Source: a virus
Taxonomy: Duplodnaviria > Caudoviricetes
Reading direction: 5' to 3' (one strand)
DNA: 26,672 bases
IMG/VR virus record: IMGVR_UViG_3300020044_005419
Span: 1-26,672 of that record
The notes beneath the pieces are model-generated. The model was given only the letters and a program-made list of their open reading frames with translations, was not told the origin of the DNA and ran no database searches. The position numbers and the translations under genes were made by a program. Positions 1 to 6,105 of this stretch are shown one piece after another; the stretch's first letter is position 1, and the number at the start of each line of letters is the position of its first letter.

Positions 1-198
1 AGCACAAAGGGGCGGTGCCGATAGCTGTCCCTGCCCGATGCTCTCCCAAGCCCTACCCTTGTAATAGTGAAGATCGGCACGCGATGGGCCACGCGACGGG
101 GCAGGGTAAGGGGCATGCTCTTTGCATAGGCTGCACCCCTTGACGCTGGTGGCCTTGCATCGAGGCATGCTGCATGGTGGGCGGGGAACTGTAGGCAT
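1..198 (-). CDS. HNH endonuclease, HK97 gp74-like terminase cofactor (5' part; runs off left edge)
   Basis: Not in the ORF track. Manual translation from ATG at 198: MPTVPRPPCSMPRCKATSVKGCSLCKEH...YYKGRAWESIGQGQLSAPPLCA, matching the MP..C...C...C..H...Y...W......L..PLC pattern of cos-associated phage HNH proteins. Same strand as the virion genes. Confidence 0.75.
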   Translation of the reverse strand, partial: MPTVPRPPCSMPRCKATSVKGCSLCKEHAPYPAPSRGPSRADLHYYKGRAWESIGQGQLSAPPLCA

Positions 199-208
199 AC
201 CAGGGAGT

Positions 209-253
209 CTAAGGGTTTACCCTACATGCCCAGGCCAATTCGACACCTAGAAT
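209..253 (+). promoter_or_regulatory. Putative activator-dependent promoter: CTAAGGGTTTACCCTA box plus -10 TAGAAT
   Basis: Box at 209-224 (identical copy at 875-890); CACC-TAGAAT with -10 at 248-253; no good -35; upstream of the methyltransferase RBS (GGAG). Confidence 0.6.
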
Positions 254-287
254 TTTCTGCGGGCGATCCTGCCCCATTGGAGTGACT

Positions 288-878
288 ATGCGAGTCTTAA
301 TTGCATGCGAGTATTCGGGAACCGTAAGGGATGCATTCTCAGCCCTAGGGCATGAAGCTATATCCTGCGACCTATTGCCAAGTGAAAAGCCGGGTCAGCA
401 CTATCGGGGGGATGTTAGGGACATCTTAGGCCTAGGCTTTGACCTAATGATCGCCCATCCCCCTTGCACTCACTTAGCCGTTAGTGGGGCGCGATGGTTC
501 AAAGACAAACAAGAGGATCAAAGACTAGCCCTAGACTTTGTTCGTCTTCTGATGGATGCGCCTATCCCTAGGATTGCAATCGAAAACCCGGTCAGCATTA
601 TCAGTAGTCGCATCAGGAAACCTGATCAGATCATTCAGCCCTATCACTATGGCCATGAGGCGACGAAGACCACATGCCTATGGCTGAAGGGTCTACCGCT
701 CTTGAAGCCTACACACACGGTAGACAAGGGGCCTAGGCATGTGACCAAGAGCGGGAAGAGCCTGCCTAGCTGGTACAACCTTCCCCCCAGTGCTGACCGA
801 TGGAAGATCAGATCCGCCACCTTTCCCGGCATCGCTCAGGCTATGGCTACACAATGGGGCCGTTACCAGGGCGACTAA
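288..878 (+). CDS. Short phage C5-cytosine DNA methyltransferase
   Basis: MRVLIACEYSG (motif I variant), AHPPCT (catalytic PC, motif IV), IENPV (motif VI), C-terminal RSATFPGIAQAMA (motif X-like). Start at ATG 288 or GTG 282. Confidence 0.8.
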   Translation: MRVLIACEYSGTVRDAFSALGHEAISCDLLPSEKPGQHYRGDVRDILGLGFDLMIAHPPCTHLAVSGARWFKDKQEDQRLALDFVRLLMDAPIPRIAIENPVSIISSRIRKPDQIIQPYHYGHEATKTTCLWLKGLPLLKPTHTVDKGPRHVTKSGKSLPSWYNLPPSADRWKIRSATFPGIAQAMATQWGRYQGD

Positions 879-920
879 GGGTTTACCCTAGGTCTACGGG
901 CTAACGCTGGCACCTACACT
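875..920 (+). promoter_or_regulatory. Second copy of the box-plus--10 promoter
   Basis: CTAAGGGTTTACCCTA at 875-890; CACC-TACACT with -10 at 915-920; spacing within 1 nt of the copy at 209. Confidence 0.6.
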
Positions 921-952
921 AGCGGGGCGGGGTCTTCCCGCTATTTCAATGG

Positions 953-1144
953 ATGACTAACATGCTGTTCGCTCTCGCTCTTCTGACCGTGTGCCTATTC
1001 TTCGCGGCTCTGTTCGGTTTTTTTGCACTCGCTGCACTCCATGCTGGATTCGTCGTCATGGCAATTGGAACATCCGCCATTGCACTGTTGCTGGTGGTTG
1101 GCATCGTCATGACCGCGTGGACAGCCATCCGTGAGGGGGTCTGA
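953..1144 (+). CDS. Small membrane protein (2 predicted TM helices)
   Basis: Almost entirely hydrophobic 60-63 aa ORF directly after the promoter; start may be ATG 962. Confidence 0.6.
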   Translation: MTNMLFALALLTVCLFFAALFGFFALAALHAGFVVMAIGTSAIALLLVVGIVMTAWTAIREGV

Positions 1145-1145
1145 C

Positions 1146-1328
1146 ATGATCCGCAAAAACGACACAATCCGCATCAAGCCAGAATGGCAAGATGAGGGGG
1201 ATGATGAGATTCATTGGCTCGCCATTGAAGATGAGGATGGAGGACGGGTGAAGGCTATCGCCACAAACCTAGGCTTGAGCTTTCCCCCCGTGTCCGTTTT
1301 CCATGTTTACATGCTGGAGGGGTTCTGA
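1146..1328 (+). CDS. Hypothetical phage protein
   Basis: MIRKNDTIRIKPEWQDEGD...; GAGGGG RBS; packed against both neighbours. Confidence 0.65.
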   Translation: MIRKNDTIRIKPEWQDEGDDEIHWLAIEDEDGGRVKAIATNLGLSFPPVSVFHVYMLEGF

Positions 1329-1329
1329 A

Positions 1330-1404
1330 ATGCGAGCCCGCGACATCGTTTTTGCGTGTGCTTTCGGAATCGCTCTCGGGGTCCTAATCGGTCTCGGGAT
1401 TTGA
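1330..1404 (+). CDS. 24-aa hydrophobic peptide
   Basis: MRARDIVFACAFGIALGVLIGLGI*; GGAGG upstream; starts 1 nt after the previous stop; below the ORF-track cutoff. Confidence 0.5.
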   Translation: MRARDIVFACAFGIALGVLIGLGI

Positions 1405-1437
1405 TCAATCATTCCTAACTTTCATTGGATTCTAATC

Positions 1438-2193
1438 ATGCGTAACCCGTACAAACAAATTCTGCGCGCCCTGTCCCTGCCATATCGCCCTATCCTTGGT
1501 GAGTCTTCAGCCAAGACAATCAAGGGTGAAGAGATAGGCTTTTTGACCGGGATTGTCTATCTCACCCCAGACGATGAACTTTGCCCATTGGCTAGACTCG
1601 CTGGCTGTCTCGTTCCCTGTCTCAAATCTGCAGGCCGTGGGGCATTCAATTCAGTGCAAAAAGCCAGAGCGGCAAAGACTCGATTCTTTAAAGAGAATCG
1701 GCAGGCTTTCATGCTGTCACTCTGCGCCGATATTTGGGCACTGGTACGCAAAGCGAAAAGACTCGGATTGATTCCCTTGATCCGCCCGAATGGCACAAGC
1801 GATATCCCATTCGAAAACATCATTGCATGGGACGATAAAACAATTTTTCAATTGTTCTATTCGACTCAATTTTACGATTACACGAAACACCCGGCCCGTA
1901 ATCTGGAAGGGAAAACAGCCGGGAATTATGACCTTACCTATTCGTTTTCTGCGCTCACCCCTAAGCCTATTTCAATAAAGGGGCTGACCAATCGGCACAA
2001 TCGGCGCACTGCGGTAGTCTTCCAGCGCAAAGAGGATATTCCGTCATCATTCCGGGGATGGCCCGTAGTCAATGGAGACGATACAGACGTTCGCCACATA
2101 GAGCCGGATGGGGTTGTTGTTGCGCTCTACGCCAAGGGGAAAGCCAAGCACGATGCAACCGGGTTTGTTCAGATCAAGGGAAGGGACTACTAA
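1438..2193 (+). CDS. GP88-like phage protein (Cys motif, radical-SAM-like)
   Basis: CPLARLAGCLVPCL..AGRG, R.NGTSDI, FYDYTK, NYDLTYSFS, GDDTDVR and L.AKGKAK motifs typical of the GP88 family. Confidence 0.75.
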   Translation: MRNPYKQILRALSLPYRPILGESSAKTIKGEEIGFLTGIVYLTPDDELCPLARLAGCLVPCLKSAGRGAFNSVQKARAAKTRFFKENRQAFMLSLCADIWALVRKAKRLGLIPLIRPNGTSDIPFENIIAWDDKTIFQLFYSTQFYDYTKHPARNLEGKTAGNYDLTYSFSALTPKPISIKGLTNRHNRRTAVVFQRKEDIPSSFRGWPVVNGDDTDVRHIEPDGVVVALYAKGKAKHDATGFVQIKGRDY

Positions 2194-2194
2194 C

Positions 2195-2323
2195 ATGGAT
2201 CAAGCTACCCTCATTCAAGAATTGAAGGATGCCTTATTGTGGGCACTGCTTCAAATTGAAGATGACCTAGACCCGGACCATCAGGCTGCATTGTCGCAAG
2301 CACGTTCACTAGTGGAGGATTGA
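2195..2323 (+). CDS. Hypothetical protein (42 aa)
   Basis: MDQATLIQELKDALLWAL...; ATG 1 nt after the GP88 stop. Confidence 0.55.
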   Translation: MDQATLIQELKDALLWALLQIEDDLDPDHQAALSQARSLVED

Positions 2324-2326
2324 ACT

Positions 2327-2512
2327 ATGAAAACCACGAATGTAAACCTTGGCGCAGTCGGCGTCATCACATCAGATAACGATGGCAGACTGTATGAAGT
2401 CGACACTATCTGGACCGATGGTGAGCTTACAGTGATAGCATTGGAAGATGACGAAGATGTTAGGCACGTCTACCCCTCATCGTTTTGGGTCTTAGTAGAC
2501 TCCCCGTTCTAG
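2327..2512 (+). CDS. Hypothetical acidic protein
   Basis: GGAGG RBS; last ORF before the terminator. Confidence 0.6.
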   Translation: MKTTNVNLGAVGVITSDNDGRLYEVDTIWTDGELTVIALEDDEDVRHVYPSSFWVLVDSPF

Positions 2513-2531
2513 TCTTTCCCTTGCACAAACG

Positions 2532-2557
2532 CCCGGAGCATCCCTCCGGGTTTTTTT
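2532..2557 (+). terminator. Rho-independent terminator
   Basis: CCCGGAG-catcc-CTCCGGG followed by T7. Confidence 0.85.
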
Positions 2558-2590
2558 GCAAGTGAAAACGAAGTGAGTACTCACATTGTC

Positions 2591-2920
2591 AAGCCCGGAT
2601 CAAGCCCGCCCGCTATCGGTCAACCCGGCCCGCATGGTCAATCAAGCCCGCGGAAAGCCCGCCCAATCAAGCCCGCCCGCATGGTCAATCAGGCCCGCCA
2701 GCGTGACCCCTTCAAGCCCGCAAGCCCGCCCACTATCGGCACCAGTCAGCCCGCCGGGTCAACCCTTGAAGCCCGCCCGCATGGTCAACCCGGCACCAGC
2801 AGCCCGCCAGCCCCTATGCGACCGTCTAAGCCCGCCCGGATTGAGCCGCCAACCGATACCCTCAAGCCCGCTATCCTACCCATTGCACACAATGCCCATG
2901 AAGCCCGTTTCTGGCCCGCC
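2591..2920 (+). repeat. Array of oriented short direct repeats AAGCCCG(CC)
   Basis: 11 exact AAGCCCG (2591, 2602, 2644, 2655, 2669, 2714, 2722, 2769, 2828, 2864, 2901) plus several GCCCGC variants, all on one strand. The 20-mer AAGCCCGCCCGCATGGTCAA occurs at 2669 and 2769. Confidence 0.9.
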
Positions 2921-3028
2921 TGAGCGACGATTCGGGTTTTTTGATAGGGGGATAGCCAAAATCGACCCCGTGCGATCATAGGCGATTCTGGTGCGTTTTC
3001 GGGTTGATTTTCCGGGTTGACCGGTTCA

Positions 3029-3047
3029 AATGAGAGCGATTCTCATT
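3029..3047. promoter_or_regulatory. 19-bp palindrome resembling a Fur box
   Basis: AATGAGA-GCGAT-TCTCATT, close to AATGAGAATnATTCTCATT. Confidence 0.4.
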
Positions 3048-3253
3048 CAGGATCGAATTCACGTACCCAGCAAAGTTGGTTTTGATTTATATCGCTGCAG
3101 TTGGCAGTGCTTTACGCACCCCCCCTAATCATTTCGGAAAAAAAATTTTGAAACAAAAAAATGGATCACTTTTTTTGTAGCCAGCATAGTTTTTTTGCAG
3201 GTTGCTGTTTCTGAGCAAACTTTTTTATCAATAGTTTGTTTTACAAATTGCAA

Positions 3254-3436
3254 TTATTTTGGCTTTTCTTTACCAGGCGCACAAATTTGTTGCTCCTGCC
3301 AAGTTTTTGCAAAATTTTGTTCACCCTTGTACCCAGAAGCGTACGCCGCTCGAGCAACCTGTAGAGCCTTAGCCTTCGTTGGGAATGGGCCTTGACTGCC
3401 CCACATCCAGCCTTTGGGTGTCTTTGTAAGTGGCAT
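3254..3436 (-). CDS. Small basic phage protein
   Basis: MPLTKTPKGWMWGSQGPFPTKAKALQVARAAYASGYK; start 5 nt past the upstream gene's stop. Confidence 0.6.
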   Translation of the reverse strand: MPLTKTPKGWMWGSQGPFPTKAKALQVARAAYASGYKGEQNFAKTWQEQQICAPGKEKPK

Positions 3437-3441
3437 TGCGT

Positions 3442-3684
3442 TTATTGCGTTTGTTGCGTTTGGTGGCGATCTTTCCACCACTTGATCACTTCTTTAGGTT
3501 CGTACCAGACTCGGTTCTTACCTGCGACATTGTGTCCCAGTGACCTCGCCGTGATCTTCCCAGGCGCAGACTCATCTGCCAGGTCACGCGCAAGTCTCTG
3601 TGCAGTTATCCCCAGGATGTCAGCGATCTCTGTGACCGTCCTGAGAGGCTTTCTGACTTGTGGGGGAAATTGATCTAGCCTCAT
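3442..3684 (-). CDS. Helix-turn-helix DNA-binding protein (Xis/AlpA-like)
   Basis: LRTVTEIADILGITAQRL helix pair and C-terminal WYEPKEVIKWW; ATGA overlap with the upstream gene. Confidence 0.6.
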   Translation of the reverse strand: MRLDQFPPQVRKPLRTVTEIADILGITAQRLARDLADESAPGKITARSLGHNVAGKNRVWYEPKEVIKWWKDRHQTQQTQ

Positions 3685-3875
3685 GTTGTTTTGGAGTCTG
3701 AAAAGATAAGAGGCTCTTGGGGGTCAGGTTGCAAATATGCTTTTTTATCTTCGAAACGATAAAGAGGACTCAGGTGAAATATCTCATACCTTCCACACGC
3801 TTGGCAATGCCATCTCTCTCTGTTGTTAACTAGCTCCCCTATAGTGATCAATCCACCGCATCTACATTGGATCAT
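3681..3875 (-). CDS. Small zinc-ribbon protein
   Basis: CRCGG...WHCQACGR; AGGAG RBS; first ORF after the structured RNA. Confidence 0.6.
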   Translation of the reverse strand: MIQCRCGGLITIGELVNNRERWHCQACGRYEIFHLSPLYRFEDKKAYLQPDPQEPLIFSDSKTT

Positions 3876-3892
3876 TACTAACTCCTATGTAC

Positions 3893-4292
3893 TAAGAGAT
3901 ACCCTCTATGGTGAATGCTTGAGCAAAGCACAGTCTATACCGTGGTGAAGACCAAGGTTTCGCCTGTGCTGCGTGACACCCTCTACGGAGCCATGCCATC
4001 GCATCGCACTGCCCAGACTTGCAGAGTTTTCACTCCTACCACCCGGCTCTAGACTAAGCCCACCGTCCCTGCTCTGGTTTGCGCGTGTTGCAGGGTAGTA
4101 CCAAGATCACCACCGACGTACCGCATGATCCGGGGCTTACAAGCAAAAACCCTCATGGGGAAAGGCTTTAGGCTTGGTTTGCCGCAGTACAGTTGGTCCA
4201 AACCCCTTCTGTACGCTTTGACGAAGCCTGCCCCCATGAGGGTTCAGAGATCGCAGTTTGGTGCTACTAACGGATTACCAGCCCGCTAGATG
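3893..4292 (-). ncRNA. Candidate large structured non-coding RNA or leader
   Basis: About 400 nt between the promoter and the first RBS-bearing ORF; perfect 13-bp stem (4148-4160/4232-4244), a GAAA-tetraloop hairpin (4023-4036) and several further nested helices (see findings). Confidence 0.6.
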
Positions 4293-4297
4293 CCGTG

Positions 4298-4327
4298 ACT
4301 CTACAGGACATCTCTGGATTCTGTCAA
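4298..4327 (-). promoter_or_regulatory. Sigma70-type promoter, leftward
   Basis: TTGACA (4327-4322), 18 nt spacer, TAGAGT (4303-4298). Confidence 0.75.
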
Positions 4328-4330
4328 GCA

Positions 4331-4374
4331 CTAGGGTTTTCCCCTATGTTCAGACACTGTTGTCCACAGACAAT
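4331..4374 (+). promoter_or_regulatory. Third box-plus--10 promoter, for the early operon
   Basis: CTAGGGTTTTCCCCTA at 4331-4346; CACA-GACAAT with -10 at 4369-4374; same 36-nt offset as the copy at 212/248. Confidence 0.5.
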
Positions 4375-4394
4375 CGCTCCATTGACTGCTAACG

Positions 4395-4628
4395 ATGGTG
4401 CATGACATGCGAACACACGCTGAACTTCTGAGAGAGATTGACCTGCGAGGCATGTTGGGCCTTCCGCGCATCGAGTTGACTGCAGAGGAACGAATCAGAG
4501 CCTTTGGTGATGCCGCCTGGAAGCAGAAAGACAACTACGATGTGTACCTGGCTCAGAGGTACGTCAACGGTCTTGCGATGTCCAAAGCAGACAAGTCTCG
4601 CGCCCGCAAGTATCTGAAGAGCCTGTGA
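4395..4628 (+). CDS. Hypothetical protein
   Basis: First ORF of the rightward operon; stop overlaps the next start. Confidence 0.6.
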   Translation: MVHDMRTHAELLREIDLRGMLGLPRIELTAEERIRAFGDAAWKQKDNYDVYLAQRYVNGLAMSKADKSRARKYLKSL

Positions 4629-4966
4629 TGGACGCACTACCACCTTGGATTGATCGTGAAGCCTGGGAAGGCTTTGTAGAGATGAGGAAGGCCATGAAGC
4701 GCATTCCTTTTACCGGCAGGGCAGCTATGCTGGTTCTGAAGGAACTCTACGCACTGAAGGCCGCAGGTCATGACCCGAACGTCTGCCTGGATCAATCCAC
4801 GGTTAACGGCTGGAGAGATGTGTTCCGGCCCAGGCATAAGGACATGCAGTCGGTGAACAAGGGTGACGATGCCTTGTTGAAGATCAGGGAGGATGAGAAG
4901 AAAGCCGCCCCTATGCCAGACAAGGTTCGATCAATGTTGGTTAATGTTGTTAAGAGGATGCCATGA
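4628..4966 (+). CDS. Stand-alone C-terminal domain of a phage replication initiator (replisome-organiser type)
   Basis: LPPWIDREAWEGFVEMRK...T..A....LKEL.....G.DP..CLDQS..NGWRDVF resembles the C-terminal helical domain of lambdoid initiators; no N-terminal wHTH or iteron-bearing linker. Confidence 0.6.
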   Translation: MDALPPWIDREAWEGFVEMRKAMKRIPFTGRAAMLVLKELYALKAAGHDPNVCLDQSTVNGWRDVFRPRHKDMQSVNKGDDALLKIREDEKKAAPMPDKVRSMLVNVVKRMP

Positions 4967-5214
4967 TCATCACGCACAACGGAGTTGATTTCGAGGTTGA
5001 GTACCACGCCTATGCCGGGTCATCTGGAAGCCGCGATGAGCCACCTGAGCCACCGGAGTTCTGGCTTACCCGCATCAAGATCGATGGCAAAGAGGTCTAC
5101 GAGATGCTGACGGATGAAACCGTGGATGTTCTTGAGAAGCTGGCGATTGAGTTACTTGCCAAGGCGCAATATGAATCAGAGGAGTACTACCATGTGGGGC
5201 ACTATGAATTCTAA
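4963..5214 (+). CDS. Hypothetical acidic phage protein
   Basis: ATGA overlap; DEPPEPPEF motif seen in small phage early proteins. Confidence 0.65.
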   Translation: MIITHNGVDFEVEYHAYAGSSGSRDEPPEPPEFWLTRIKIDGKEVYEMLTDETVDVLEKLAIELLAKAQYESEEYYHVGHYEF

Positions 5215-5398
5215 ATACTTCGCCCGTGGATTCAAATTTAATGAAGAATTCTGGGCATGGAATGAAATTAACGAGGTCTATCTTCTTAAAGATGGCACTT
5301 GGCAATATCAATTTAACTTTGAGTGCGATGACCCAGAAGCACTGGTTTTGCTGAAGGCTTATATCAGGAGTAAGCACTATGGACAAACAAATGACTGA
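5192..5398 (+). CDS. Hypothetical protein (AT-rich)
   Basis: GAGGAG RBS before ATG 5192; aromatic-rich. Confidence 0.55.
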   Translation: MWGTMNSKYFARGFKFNEEFWAWNEINEVYLLKDGTWQYQFNFECDDPEALVLLKAYIRSKHYGQTND

Positions 5399-5462
5399 GC
5401 CGCATCGAATCTACGGCTGGTTGCGAGATATGTTAAAAGAGATTGAAAGGGGTAATTGGTGA
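5379..5462 (+). CDS. 27-aa peptide
   Basis: MDKQMTEPHRIYGWLRDMLKEIERGNW*; AGGAG RBS; TGATG overlap with the next gene. Confidence 0.45.
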   Translation: MDKQMTEPHRIYGWLRDMLKEIERGNW

Positions 5463-5779
5463 TGACACAACCCACCGCTCTTTTCCTAGCCGATATCCTT
5501 GAAGACGCAGGCAAGCCAGCCGACATAGCCGAGAAATGCGCTGCCGAACTGCGCCGACTTCATGCGGAGAACGCGGCGGCTTCCACTCACTTGGCAGAAC
5601 TTATGAAAGACCTCGTGAAAATCGAAACCCAGCGTGATGCGCTGCTGGAGGCACTGCAGACATTGTTTTTCTATGCAAATACGCTGGAGATGAGGGCCGA
5701 CTCGGATGGAGGGCACCGAGCTATGCAGCAAGCCCGCGCCGCCATCAAGGCAGCAGAGATTGGAAGGAACATGACATGA
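5462..5779 (+). CDS. Hypothetical coiled-coil phage protein
   Basis: AL.LAD.LE...AAELRRLH...QRDALLEAL...ARAAI pattern of phage accessory proteins. Confidence 0.65.
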   Translation: MTQPTALFLADILEDAGKPADIAEKCAAELRRLHAENAAASTHLAELMKDLVKIETQRDALLEALQTLFFYANTLEMRADSDGGHRAMQQARAAIKAAEIGRNMT

Positions 5780-6105
5780 CATCACTTCGTGAGGCAGCAC
5801 AAGCTGCGCTGGAGTTTCTTGACGCTGAGTTTGGTTGGTCCCCCGGAGAGGCACCGCGCATCGACAACCTCCGCGCCGCGATGGCAGAGCCGGTGCAGGA
5901 GCAACCGATTTGTGACGAATGCGGTCGGAAAAAAGCCGATGGCTGGGCGCTGTATTGCGTGGATTGCGTTGAGCCGGTGTTTGCCCCACCCCAGCGCAAG
6001 CCGCTGACGGAGGATGAGATTCAAGAACTATCGCAGCAGCACAAGTTTGACTCGCGCATGGAGAAATTTGTGCGGATCATCGAACGTGCCCACGGCATCA
6101 AATGA
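5776..6105 (+). CDS. Hypothetical phage protein with a CxxC...CxxC insert
   Basis: LREAAQAALE...RKPLTEDEI...R.IERAHGI accessory-protein pattern. Confidence 0.65.
   Translation: MTSLREAAQAALEFLDAEFGWSPGEAPRIDNLRAAMAEPVQEQPICDECGRKKADGWALYCVDCVEPVFAPPQRKPLTEDEIQELSQQHKFDSRMEKFVRIIERAHGIK

Noticed and set aside
1-60. HNH gene as a pseudogene (IGQ and APPLC where R and H/E are more usual)
   Set aside because: The frame is open with no stop; the substitutions may be real or edge-of-contig errors, and the catalytic part lies outside the window.
145-152. E. coli Chi site GCTGGTGG (also at 1090)
   Set aside because: Isolated copies inside coding sequence, compatible with chance; host Chi unknown.
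2591-2920. CRISPR or TIGR-like guide array
   Set aside because: Repeats are only 7-9 nt with irregular and partly repeated spacers, there is no constant period, and no Cas or Nop-domain gene is visible.
2573-2981. Pro-rich ORFs 2573-2923 and 2586-2981
   Set aside because: By-products of the C-rich repeat array: several frames open, downstream of a terminator, no RBS, and repeat spacing not in multiples of three.
3436-3462. Three tandem TTGCGTTT(A/G) 9-mers
   Set aside because: Short in-frame duplication at a gene end (QTQQTQ); no evidence of separate function.
4049-4237. 62-aa minus-strand ORF inside the structured region
   Set aside because: No RBS, the ATG is buried in the 13-bp stem, and the product has no recognisable features; RNA structure explains the sequence better.
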